Below, piece after piece: positions 51,373 to 64,000 of a DNA stretch of 64,000 nt. Source of the stretch: Octopus vulgaris (Eukaryota); the NCBI GenBank assembly GCA_951406725.2, contig OX597821.1:92070001-92134000 (forward strand), read 5' to 3'. Under the pieces are notes generated by a model. The model was not told the origin of the DNA, ran no database searches, and saw nothing but the letters and a program-made list of their open reading frames with translations. Made by a program: the position numbers and the translations under genes. Position 1 is the first letter of the stretch. Each line of letters starts with the position of its first letter.

Positions 51373-52137
51373 CTACTGATAAAGTGGATATGAAAAGGGA
51401 GATGACAATGTAGATGATGATGATGATGATGACAATGACATTGATGATGACGACGACGATGACTATGACGATGACGATGATGATGATGATGATGATGATG
51501 ATGACGGCAGCATCAACAACAGATGTGCATGTGTTTGTGTGTGTTTGTCCCTATCAGGTTCAGAAGTCTGCTTCTCAATCACAAAGTTCTGAGTGAAAAT
51601 CCTATTACTCAGTATTTCAAGCAAGTATCTGCTACTCTAATCTTAGACTGCCATAAAGTAATGTTGGGTGACAGAAATTCTGTGTATAAGCCCATCAGAT
51701 GGAATTATTATTATAATGAAAATATTTTCTTTATTTATATGTATATTTTGTTCTGTTAATGAATATGTATAAAAGGTTGATTTTATAGAAAATGTAATAA
51801 ATATGGGAAGGATAATAATTGTATAAATTAGTAGATAATTAAATATAAGAAAATTATTAATAAAACAGATTGGTAATATTCAACCTAAGTGTGAAATTGA
51901 TGAGTATACCATAGTTGTAAACTAGATTGATTAATAGCTTGGATTCTACCTAAAATAGAACTTATGAAAGCTGGTAAAATTATGATTTGAGGCCCAACCT
52001 AGTCATATTAATTCTGTCTGAAAATTATTTTGATTATTTGTACAATCTGCTAATCCACTTATACTATACTATAATGAAATAATAGTTCGGATAAGTGGAA
52101 TGCTTATTTCTCAGAAACTATGAAAGAATCAGTCACA

Positions 52138-52533
52138 TCTTTATATATAAATGTGAGGTTGTGTGCTGTCTGTCTCCTACGATTTAGATTCCTAACTACT
52201 CCCACATTTTGCGGTGCAGTTTAACCAAAAGCGGGTATCTTATAGTCGTGATTCATATCGAGCCCTTCTGGGTACTAGCGCGCGTCTTCGATGAGTCTAT
52301 GATTTTAAAAAAATTTACCATCAATTTTTCCCATTTTTAATGCATTTTTGGCATATATAAGGGAAGTAACTCTCTAAAAATTTATTATTAACTCTCAGAA
52401 CATAAAAAGCTACAGTAACATCCCCCCTTTGTGGGTTAGCCATATTGAGATGGCTATTATACTTTACATCTCTAAAAATGCTTATATAGTTATTTTCCTT
52501 ACAAACCCGAGCAATGCCGGGCGATACTGGTAG
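52138..52533 (+). mobile_element. Non-autonomous Helitron
   Basis: A|TCTTTATATAT...CCCGAGCAATGCCGGG...GTAG|T; shares both ends with 41397-41910. Confidence 0.85.
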
Positions 52534-54233
52534 TTATGTATAAAATCAGACAAGGTAAGGTAGATTTCCATACCTATTTAAGTTTGCAACTATGTTTATC
52601 TTTTCTGAAATAAGCAACCTTAAAATATGTAATTCATGTTATGTATGGTTCTATGCTTTATGAGTCAAGTTCAGGATGTTCTTCATTTGTGAGTTTTGTT
52701 TGAAGAAATCATGTTAAAAGTTGTAAAGCATCCTTTCCAAATAAAGAGCTTCTTTCAAGCAAAAGTCTTAACATGCTTGCATAGTTCTGTATAGAAAGGA
52801 AGGAAAGACTTTAAGAAGTCATCAAATGTTATGTATTTTTATTATGTAGTTGCAGTAATCTTATTTTGGTACTAATATTTTGTGCACTTTAAATAATAAC
52901 TGTGTCAATGTACATCTATGGACCTGGGAAACATAGCATAGCAATAAAAGAAATCTATGAAGGGAACTTTAACACAGAAGGGAAGGTAGCATGGTCAGAT
53001 GTAAAGACATTGTGAAACGAGCAGTCAAGGATAGAATAAAAGACAAATATAGAAATTGTATATAATTAACCACAAAACAAGAAGTTTCCTTGAAGAAATA
53101 AAGTTGCACAAAGCAGCATTACATAAGATATATTTGTGTAAAGTCATACTTAACACACTTGAGTGCACTTAGACATGGAATGATCATCTGGTGTGGAAAT
53201 AGCCACAGTAGAAAATTCGCCTCTTGGACTACATGTGCAAAGCCACTTTGGGCTGTGAATTACATCATTGCATCATAGAATGCATGCATTTCCATGTTCT
53301 TTCACGTTGTCAACTATGAACACTAGATGTGTCATTTACAGCCTGATAAAAATGGATAGAGATGATAAAATGCATCTATTGAATCTCTTGAAAGTGAAAA
53401 GACTCGGAAATTGCAAAAAAAATATTATCAGTCTGTGGAGTTGCTCTAAAAGGAATAAGAACACTTGATAAACTCAAGAAAAATGACTGGAATCTGAATA
53501 TGATAGAAAAAACTTCACTCTAAGACAATACATTCAGTAGAAAAAAAAAAGTATCTGATGCATTGCACCCAGAACATATTTTATGTAAACAAGATTTCTT
53601 TTGTGTATAACTCTAGTAGACATTTTATCAAAGTAAAGAAAACTACCCAGAGATATGTTTTGGCAATCACAGTGAAAGAGAATACACTGGAGAACTAAAA
53701 GAGGAAAACTTTATCCCAAATAGAGCCAACATTGAAGAATCAAAAGAGAATGTCTCTGTGTGTGTTTGTGTGTGTGTGGGTGCATGTATGTGTGTTCGTT
53801 TTGCCATGTTACATTCTTATCAAACATTACTGAAAGAGAAATTATATCTAATGCTTTCAAACATATTTGTTTCTAGCGCAGACAAATAATACTGTGGTTG
53901 TAATTTGGTAAGAATTAGTAACAACTCTACAACAGTTTCCATGCCTTGTTTCATCTCACAATCTCTGTCATAAGAAATGTTTAATACCCTTACTGCTTGG
54001 TGATCTTCATAGTTTTTATTATTAATATCAGTCAGATCGAAGGCAGTGAACTGGCAGAATAGTATATGAATATATATAGGTATACTTCCCAACCAAGTGG
54101 TCTTGGGGTTCATTTCTAATCTCATCGCATGCCATCTTGCACAAGTGCCTTCTGCAGTAACCCCAGGCCAACTAAAGCCTTGTAAATGAATTTGGTAGAG
54201 GAAACTGAAAGAAGCTAGTTGAATACATGTGTG

Positions 54234-54750
54234 TCATCATCATCATCATCATTGTTTAACGTCTGCTTTCCATGCTAGCATGGGTTGGACGATTTGACTG
54301 AGGACTGGTGAACCAGATGGCTGCACCAGGCTCCAATCTGATCTGGCAGAGTTTCTAGAGCTGGATGCCTTTCCTAACGCCAACTACTCTGAGAGTGTAG
54401 TGCGTGCTTTTGTGTGCCACCGGCATGAGGGCTAGTCAAGCAGTACTGGCAATGGCCACACTCAAATGGTGTTTTTTATGTGCCACCTGCACAGGAGCCA
54501 GTCCAGCAGCACTGGCAACAACCTCGCTCAAATGTTTTTTCATGTGCCACCGGCACAAGTGCCAGTAAGGCAACGCTGATAACAATCACGCTTGATTGGT
54601 GCTTTTTATGTGCCACCGGCATTGAAGCCAGTTAGCTGCTCTGGCAACGATCATGCTCGAATGGTGCTCTTATTGCTCCACTAGCACCGATGCCAGTCAT
54701 CGAATTTGATTTCAATTTCACTTGCCTCAACAGGTCTTCGCAAGCAGAGT
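54234..54750 (-). mobile_element. Element C, long copy with five repeat units
   Basis: Homology to other copies. Confidence 0.85.
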
Positions 54751-54757
54751 TTATCGT

Positions 54758-54801
<44 letters not shown>

Positions 54802-54939
54802 TTTTGTATTTGTGTGTGCATGTCCATGTATTCTTGACTTGAGATGATGCAATGGTTGTAAAAGAGCATCATCTGCTTACAAGTGATGTTTTGTTTCTTT
54901 CCAGTCTTCTGTGAAAAACATGTCAGGACATTGAAAATT

Positions 54940-55155
54940 GTTGGTTTCAAATTTTGGCACAAGGCCAACAAGTTCAGAAGAGGGAATAAATCAATTACAT
55001 TAACCCAAGTGCACAACTGGTACTTATTTTATCAACCCTGAAAGGGTAAAAAGCAAAGATGACCTCAGCAGAATTTGAACTCATAACATAAAAGATGGAC
55101 AAAATACCACTAAGCATTTTGCCTGGTATGCTAACAATTCTGCCAGCTCACCACC
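54940..55155 (-). mobile_element. SINE-B
   Basis: Homology to other SINE-B copies. Confidence 0.85.
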
Positions 55156-55446
55156 TGAGGCCAATGGAAATATTACCCTTCAAAACAGGTGTGGTTTTAG
55201 GACAGAAAGGGCATGTGGCTGTAGAAAATCTGCCTCAACAAATTTGAACTGACCTGTGCTAGAATGGAAGGGTAGACATTAAATTATGATGATTATGACG
55301 GAATGTCTTCTGGTGCTTTCCTTGTGATTTAAACTGTAGAAATGCATTATTTATAGAAGAATTTTGGTCAAGCTACCTAACCAGAGATGAGAACCATAAT
55401 AAAATTTATATCTATTGTTATTTTAATTTTATTATATATATCATAA

Positions 55447-55484
<38 letters not shown>

Positions 55485-56275
55485 GAAACTGTGTGTTTAT
55501 TTATAAATATATACCAAGACAAAGAGAAGGGGTAGTTAGAGAGAAGTTGAAAGTAATTTCAAAAGCAATATGATATCAGTGAGATGAAATAAAAATATAA
55601 AAGTCATAATTAAAAATGAGATATATTAAATTTATTCTTATAAAAAATTGAATTTGTAAACAATAGTCAGACAATGTATAAATCGACACAAAGTGTATTG
55701 AGTAGGGGTGAGAAATGTATGAATGTTAGAATTTTATTGTTTCACATTTATTAAAATTTATTAAAATGTGAAAAAAGCAGCAACAGACAGTGTCTACGAT
55801 TCCTTTAAACAGTCCTCTGGCATTGTCTTCAGTGACTGTATTTTCGTTTTGTTATTACACTTGGCTAAGCTAGACTTGGAAACTTCTAGAACACAACTTG
55901 TAGTTATATCTATTGAATTGTCTGCACAAATTATGAAAGTTTCTGTTTTTTTTTATTATTGTTATTTATTGTTTATTTGTTTTAGCTGAGTTTATTTTAG
56001 TTTTATTATTATTTTTTATATTTTTTTTTAATTGTTGTTGTTCCCTACCCTCCTCCGCCACCCACCACCCCACCCATATGTCCCAATCTCCAATATGGCA
56101 TTTCACTAATAATTTGGAATAGAGAAGAATAAAAATAAAAATAAAAATGAAAATAAAAATAAAAAAAAAAACTTCAATAAATAATAATATTAAAAACAAT
56201 CGAAATAATAAAAGGTGAAAATAAAAGACGAAAACAGTGACAACCAAAAACTACATTCAATACTGATAATAATGC

Positions 56276-56327
<52 letters not shown>

Positions 56328-56427
56328 GGTGGCGGTGGCGGCGGCAGTTGTGGTGGTGATAGTAGTAGTAGTAGTAGTAGTAGTAGTCAGGATAATAATG
56401 TGTTCATCAAGCAAGGGATGGTATTGG

Positions 56428-56473
<46 letters not shown>

Positions 56474-56485
56474 AATGATGATGAT
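56276..56485. repeat. Compound (GTA)n/(GTG)n/(GAT)n microsatellite
   Basis: Direct inspection. Confidence 0.95.
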
Positions 56486-57115
56486 GGAGAAGGAGAAAAG
56501 AAGAAGCGGAAGAAAAAGAAGACAAATGTACATATATATAAAAAAAAAAGCATGATAATAAAAAAAAAAAAAGGCATCACAAAAAGAAGATAAATGAGGA
56601 CAGCATTGATAGAAAGGAAAACAATGAATGAAATATAACATTAAAAGCATTATGCCCGTTGAAGACTGTTTCATTCTTTTGGAATTTCCCATTTTTATAA
56701 TTCCATTGTCATCCTATCACTGTGCTGGATATAAACTTTTCAAGTGTGAATTAAAATGAAGCTATTTAAGCGGAAGATCTTTCAAAATTCTTTGATTGCT
56801 TTCAGGTTGATATTATGGAGAGAGAGAGAGTTATAGATGGGCAAAAAAACAAGTCACATACATGGACACGTATATACACGCACGCGTGCACTTTAATACC
56901 CAGTGGTGGTGCCACAGGATCTGATACACGTCGACGTATGCATATGCAAATTGATACTTGCACATTGGCACAGAAACACACATGCACACACATGACACAT
57001 AGATGCACATACACATAAATGCAGAATTATATGTGTATATGTGTGTATGTGTCTATGCATTTTCTACCTACCTATTTATCTATTTCTGTGTATGTATGTA
57101 TGCGTGTATATATAT

Positions 57116-57160
<45 letters not shown>

Positions 57161-57227
57161 TACATATACACACATATGTATACATATATGTACATGTATA
57201 TAAATACATAAACATATATGCATATAT

Positions 57228-57684
57228 AGGTGGCTGTGTAGTAAGTAGCTTGCTTACGAACCACATGGTTCCAGGTTCAATCCCACTGTGTGGCACCTTG
57301 GGCAAGTGTCTTTTACTATAGCCTCGGGTCAACCAAAGCATTGTGAGTGGATTTGGTAGATGGAAACTGAAAGAAGGCCATCGTATATATATATATATAT
57401 ATATATATATCATGCCAGCATGGAAAGCGGACGCTAAACGATGATGATATATATACGTGTGTGTATATATGTTTGTCTGTCTGTGTTTGTCCCCTTAACA
57501 TCACTTGACAATCGATGCTGGTGTGTTTATATCCCCGTAACTTAGCAGTTCGGCAAAGAATACCGATAGAATAAGTACTAGGCTTACAAAGAATAAGCCC
57601 TGGGGTCGATTTGCTCGACTAAAGGCGGTGCTCCAGCATGGCTACAGTCAAATGACTGAAACAAGTAAAAGAGTAAAAGAGTAA
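57228..57684 (+). mobile_element. SINE-A containing a short element-C 3' end (57411-57448)
   Basis: Homology to other SINE-A and element C copies. Confidence 0.88.
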
Positions 57685-57976
57685 CATATGTGTGTATAAA
57701 TATTATTTAAGATTAGTATTACAAAATAAGTTTAAGAATAACTGCAAAATATTTACTGATTGGGAGACACAAAACTGAATGTAGATTTTAATTTGTTATA
57801 AGTTTGTGCTGAGTGAGGACATTAGGTTTTTGCCTTATGGCTTATACATCCAGTATAAACCATCATTAAAGGAAACTTGAAGACACAGTGAAAACAAATT
57901 TCACAATTAGATTCTACTTAGACTATTGCTTCACTCTATCAATAAATAATCTCTTGTTATTCTAAACTTGCTTTAA

Positions 57977-58192
57977 CTCATTAGTGTTTAAACTGGTCAT
58001 ATCCAAGCAAAATAGTCTACCTGTTCTATCTTCAGACTGGTCAGATATTGTCTTTCATAGCTACCTTACAGAGTTTAAAAATAAACAATCACATCGTTGA
58101 AATCTCAAAGCCATGAAATAATGCACGATTAATTTGAAATGGTGTGAATACATAAGCTTTACACTTGACAGAAGAATCTGAACGCTAAAGGG
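57977..58192. mobile_element. piggyBac-type MITE
   Basis: TTAA|CTCATTAGTGTT...AACGCTAAAGGG|TTAA. Confidence 0.78.
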
Positions 58193-58857
58193 TTAAAATA
58201 ATAACACACACACATGCATACACATCCACACACACACACACAAGCACACATAAAGGCACAGGTATGGTAGTGGGAACAGGTGCAGTAAATGTACACAGGT
58301 GTGGTAATGTAGTGAAGACGCTTGCTTCCAAATCATGTGGCTTTGAGTTCAGTCCGACTACCTAGCATCTTTGGCAAGTGTCTTTCACTTTAACACAAGT
58401 CAACTTAAAGTCTGTCAGTAGTGGATTTGGTAGACAGAAACTGAGGGAAGCCTGTTGAATAAGGGTACATTTGGCTGCTATATCTAGCAGTTCAAACAAC
58501 TGTACAAATGCCTTCTTGTGGATTCTACTGCAGATGTAAAGCCTAAATACTGAAGAATTTAGATGTAACTGTCCAAAAGAAATGCTATCATGTTTATAAA
58601 ATAATCCCTATTCTTGTGTTGGGTGCACTTCGAAATAAAACATTTTGCAGAAGGAACCTTCACTAAAATTCAGATAATATCCTTAACTTTCGTTGCCAGG
58701 TGAAGTGACAGAAATGTGATTTAACAAAGGCTTATTCTATTATGGATCTGCCTAAAACATATCAGAATGAAATACAAACACAATACTAGTTCCAAATTTT
58801 TGCACAAGATCAGCAATTTCATTGACAACAGTACTCAACTGGTACTTGTTTTATTTA

Positions 58858-59156
58858 GTGGAGGCACATGGCCTAGTGGTTTGAGCAGCAGACTCGTGGT
58901 TGAAGGATTCCAGGTTCGAATCTCAGACTGGGCAATGTGCATGTTTATGAGCAAAACACCTAAGCTCCATGCGGCTCCAGCAGAAGGTAATGGCGAACCT
59001 CTGATGACTGTTTCGCCACAACTTTCTCTCACTCTTTCCTCCTGCATCTTGCAGCTCACCTGCGACGGACTGGCATCCTGTCCAGGTGGGGGACTTGTAT
59101 GTCAAGGAAACTGGGAAACTGGCCCTTATGAGCCAGGCATGGCTCAAGAAGGGACA
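58858..59156 (+). mobile_element. SINE-D with 14-bp TSD, nested in a SINE-B
   Basis: ACTTGTTTTATTTA at 58844-58857 and 59157-59170. Confidence 0.9.
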
Positions 59157-59479
59157 ACTTGTTTTATTTACCCCAAAAGGAGGAAAGGCAATGTCAGCCT
59201 TGTCAGAATTTGAACTCAGAACATGAAGACAGATGAAATGCTGCTAAGCATTTTGCAAATAAACTTACAAAATAACAATGAAGGGCCTGTGCTGTTGTTG
59301 TTTAGCTCAATTTTAGCCCTAATTGGGACAAAATAGAATCAAAAGCATTTAAGACGTGACTTCCAATCTTTTATTCTGAGTGTATGAGGTTACATTATCT
59401 AATGTTTCTGCACTTTCTTAAAGTTCTTGGTGGTTATTTAAGAAAGACTTTCATTGTTATTTCTAACAGTTCAATTCAG

Positions 59480-59835
59480 GGAGCTGGCAGAATTGTTAGC
59501 ATGTTGCATGAAATGCTTAGCAGTATTTCACCCGTCACTACGTTCTGAGTTCAAATTCCACCGAGGTCGACTTTACCTTTCATCCTTTCAGGGTAGATAA
59601 ATTAAGTACCAGTCAAGTACTGAGGTCGATGTAATCGACTATCTCTCCCCCCATCAAATTCCAGGCCTTGTGCCAATAGTAGAAAGCTGGTAGAATCATT
59701 AACATGCCAAGCAAAGTGCTTAATGTCACTTTATCCATCTTTACGTTCTGAGTTCCAATTCTGCCAAGACTACCTTTGCCTTTCAAATCTTTCAGAGTCA
59801 ATACAATAAGTACCAGCTGAATACTGGGGTCGATG
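59480..59835 (+). mobile_element. Two tandem SINE-B copies
   Basis: Homology to other SINE-B copies. Confidence 0.82.
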
Positions 59836-60303
59836 TTCCATGCTAGCATGGGTTGGATTGTCTGCCAAATATCCAATGAGTCGAGGACTGCATCATAATC
59901 CAGTGTTTGCTTTAGGATGGTTTCTGTGGTTGCATGCCCTTCCTAATGTCGCTTACATATACATGCATTTATATATGCACATAGATACATATCTGAATAA
60001 GTGCAGGTCTTACTCTTTGGTATGAATTTGCTTCCCAAATACTCGGTTTCGGGTTCCCAATTAATATCGAAGATGGATGTTAATTGATGATGTAGATGAT
60101 GATGATCATTATGTACTTCATTTAATTAACAAAATGGAGAATCCATTACAAGTCTGCAATCAAGAAAATTTGCAATGTGTTGATATATATATATGCATTT
60201 TTGTGTGTGTGTTTGTGTGTGTATACATATGTGTGTGCATGTGTATGTGTGTGTGGGGTGGGTGGATATACGTGTGTGTATGTGGGAGGTGTAAATATAT
60301 ATA

Positions 60304-61564
60304 CAGGGGTTGGACAAAATAAATGGAACGGTAGAAATTTAAACTCCAATATTTCAATGAGCCATTATACTACGAATAGCCATCCAAATTTCATTGTGAG
60401 TGTTTGTTTTTATAATGTACATGGTTTTAGTTATCTAATTTAATGATTAATTCTATCTCTCTTTTCAGATCGTAGTATAAATTAAGCTAAGATTTGTGAC
60501 CCCCACTGAGTTTGAAAAGGGGAAAATTGTTGGTGCTCAAATGGCAGGAGCTTCCGTCTCCAGAACAGCTGAACTTCTTGGTTTTTCGAGAGCTACCATA
60601 TCAAGGACTATGACTGAATTTGAGAAGCAGGGTAAAACTTCCAGCAGGAGGGGTAAGTCCAGCAGGACCTTGAAGCTCACTGAAAGAGACTGATGAGTAT
60701 TTAATCCCATTGTGATGAAAAATCACTAGTCAATTCCCCCTAAAGTGACTACAGAGCTGAATCAACATCTAAATAGTCCTCTTTCGACCAACACTGTTTG
60801 CCATGAGCTCAACAGAGCTGGATATCATGGAAGAGCTACCATCAGGAAACCTCTGGTTTCTCATCAAAACATTCAGAAAAGGCTGAAGTGGTGTAGAAAT
60901 CACAAGGACTGGTCGACAGACCAATGGAAGTAAATAATATTCTCCGATAAGTCCAGTTTTCCTCTTTTCCCCACTGCAGGGTGAGTTTATGTGTGGAGAC
61001 AGCCTGGGGAAGCTTTTAATCCTGACTGCCTTCTTCCTACAGTGAAGCACGGAGGTGGGTTTTGTGATGGCTGGGGCAGCCATTTTTTGGAATTCTCTTG
61101 GTCCAATCATTGCCCTGCCGGTAGGATCAACAGCCATGATTATCTGAATATTTTGGGTAATCAAGTCCTTTGCATGGTCCAGATATTACTCCATAATGGT
61201 GAGTGCAGCTTCCATGATGACAATGCTCCAATACACACCTCTCATGTGGTTAAGAATTGGTATGAAGAACATAGTAGTGAGCTACAACACATGGAGAAGC
61301 CGTCTCAGTCTCCAGATCTTAATATTATTGAGCATCTGTGGTGCATTTTGGAGCAACAAGTTACTCTTCACCGTCATGTCTGCAACAACTGGAGTATGTT
61401 TTGAAGGAAGAATGGCTCAAGCTTCTTTCAGAGAAGTCAGGACGCTGTATAAATCAATTCTTAGATGCATTGAAGCTGTTCAGAAAGCTAAAGAAGGACC
61501 ACTCCTTATTAACTAAATATTCATTGAATTTAACATATGTTCCAATTATTTTGTCCAACCCCTT
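60304..61564 (+). mobile_element. Tc1 element of a second related family; decayed transposase at about 60484-61516
   Basis: TA|CAGGGGTTGGACAAAATA...TTGTCCAACCCCTT|TA; PTVKHGGG, FHDDNAPIH, QSPDLNIIEHLW. Confidence 0.92.
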
Positions 61565-61622
61565 TATATATTCATGGAAACAAACAAGCATACATACAGG
61601 TTTATATATATACATATATATA

Positions 61623-63025
61623 TCTTTATATATATAAAACTGAGAATGTGTGTGTGTCTGACTGTCTGTCTGTGTGTTACCCTAAAACTTGAGAACTACA
61701 CAACCAATTTCATTCAAATTTTACACATGCCTTACTTAGGGTCCATGTAGTTTCGTGGGCTAAAAAAATGTTCAACTTTTTGCATAGAGCGAGCCCATAG
61801 CAATATCATATCTTCTCCACTATTTCAGTATTACGTGTTAAAAGTGAAACAAAAACATTTCTCTATTTTATGTCAGATACTTTCACTGTAACAATAAAAA
61901 TTAGAGATAATAATAACACTTGAATTATATGTAGTAAGTAATAATTAAAATCAAACTAAAGTATAATATAATCGTAACATAACAAAAGTAAAAATAGTAC
62001 TTGGTATAAAATTGCATCAATGACTTGAACTTGAATAAGTGGTTTCACATGAATGGGAATAAATTAAATTAAATCGACTGCGTACTGCTTTTTGATTCAC
62101 CGTAAGGTTTGTTGTTATTATTATTACTGTTTAACTATTGTTATCACGTTTGTTGGTCCCTCGTAAGGGAAGCGTTGTTGTGTTGCATTTGTTAAATAAT
62201 TGTAAACTGTAACCCTCCCCCTTTGGGAGAAGGAGCTTTGGTTATTGTTTAAAAATTGAATTGTGTCCCTGTTTGGGGAAATTGAAAATATTTTCACCAT
62301 TTACACGGAAGCATTTTTGTTACAATGCCTTCAATAGAAGAAAGTCCAAAAATGAATTTCGCTGCAGCCGTCGGCGGGCGCGAACTCATTAAAATTAAAA
62401 TGGAAGAAATACAGACCTATTTCAGATTGATCACCAACAAAGACGGTAAATCTAGGATAACACCACTAAACGAAATAAAAAATTAAAATAAAGAAAAACT
62501 ATTGTCTATAAAGTATACAATGTAGAGAAAAAAAATGATTTGATCACCTGGAGAAAAGCACCATCAAAATGTGTCTTAGTGTGACTATGAAAGATATCAA
62601 GTATCTAACCAGAGGCGGTAAATACGCCACAATAGAAGCAAGATTCGAGTCAACAGAGAGTGCAAGGGAGTACTCGACTTGAACCTTGCAAAGTGGAAAT
62701 ATTTTATTTTTACCTTTATATCTGGGACGTAGGACGTCCCCGATAAAAACTTGGAATGTCCCCCCAGAAGTAGAGGTAGGCTGGATTGTAGCCACACTTC
62801 TACACAAGAAGGAGGACAAGATACAATTGATCGAAATTGCAAGAGACAGGCCTACAATTCCAGTCTGTTATATATTTTGAGTATTGTTATCACTAGCGAT
62901 ATCAAGACATAACTTTGTATTTTGTATTTTATGTGTAGATGTATATATATAGATGTACATGTAATATGTACACATATATACATGCACTAGCACTATGACC
63001 TGGCAACGACGGGTCATAATGCTAG
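61623..63025 (+). mobile_element. Non-autonomous Helitron, ~1.4 kb (continuity of the two ends inferred)
   Basis: A|TCTTTATATATATAAAACTG start; TATGACC...GGTCATA hairpin then CTAG|T. Confidence 0.65.
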
Positions 63026-63166
63026 TATATATATATATATATATACATATACACACACACACACATATATATATATATTTATATTTATATTTATATACAA
63101 CCCATGCTAGCATGGAAAGCGGACGCTAAATGATGATGATGATGATGACACACATATATACATATG

Positions 63167-63230
<64 letters not shown>

Positions 63231-64000
63231 GATATACATAGACATGTAGACTATATACTTATGCCTATACACACAGATACATGTACACAAACATATGCAC
63301 ATATACATAAAATTACCTAATTAGCTAAGAAAAATACTAGTGTTTAATGAAACCAGTGACAGAATGTATCAGCAATAATCAAGTAACAAAATTTTCAAAA
63401 CAGAATTATTATAGTGAAATGAAACAAAGTAAATTCTACCATTTTGGAGACAACCTTTACATCTCTTAGACAGTCCTGTTCCAATTAATGTTTTAAGTTT
63501 GATGAAGCTTGCATCAAATTCACAGCATGTTAATATTCTGCTTATGTCTAAGACAGTTATAGCATACTGAGAGCTAATAGACAGATGGATTAATATGGTG
63601 GATTATAATAACTGTAAACAAATGCTCATTACAGATATGAAACGGGAAATTAAAACCTTAATTATTAAGTAACATTCCTGAGATATGACAATGACTAATT
63701 AAAGGTCTTGATATTTGTTTTGATATTATTGATTGATTAGCTGTGGTCATCTTAATCTTCTTTCAGACAGATTAAGAAATGGAAAAGTGGGCTGTTTGTA
63801 TAAATGTCTATCAATAATGAAGTTAAATAATGCTGTAATTTAAGTTCAAATCCCATTAGAATCAATAAAATACTACTAATTCCACTTGGTTGCTGTCTGC
63901 CTGTGTAAGAGATTGGTTATCTCATAACATATTTCGTGAAAATAAGATGGAACATTCAATCATGATGGAATTAACGAATTAGTTCTAAAGAAGGTCCCAA

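Noticed and set aside
52830-53740. Possible decayed transposase or exon
   Set aside because: Multiple stops and no recognisable motif
63720-63800. Splice-acceptor-like CTTCTTTCAG as a host exon start
   Set aside because: No supported donor or coding signal; such motifs are common by chance

Overview
AT-rich, repeat-saturated eukaryotic non-coding DNA, most likely from an octopus. That assignment is an inference from my recognition of the SINE families and the dense (TA)n/(CA)n/(TAGA)n/(CAT)n microsatellites. I find no supportable host protein-coding exon; nearly all ORF-track entries are microsatellite or transposon artefacts. The window holds dozens of tRNA-derived SINEs (my labels A, B, D), a (GAT)n-tailed element with ~60-bp internal repeats (label C), decayed Tc1, mariner, maT-like and pogo-like DNA transposons, piggyBac-type MITEs, non-autonomous Helitrons, CR1 and RTE/BovB-like LINE fragments and a probable solo LTR. 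Three signals stand out. (1) Minimal type-I hammerhead ribozyme motifs occur in Penelope-like inverted repeats, usually next to (TA)n, and the 3-8 core pair appears as C-G, G-C and U-A in different families; one element also has a tRNA-like head. (2) Real tRNAs (a full tRNA-His with its precursor trailer and a partial tRNA-Glu) are fused to the SINE-A 3' tail, whose hairpin covaries between them. (3) Element C carries tandem candidate H-type pseudoknots. All structures were read by eye and none has been tested.
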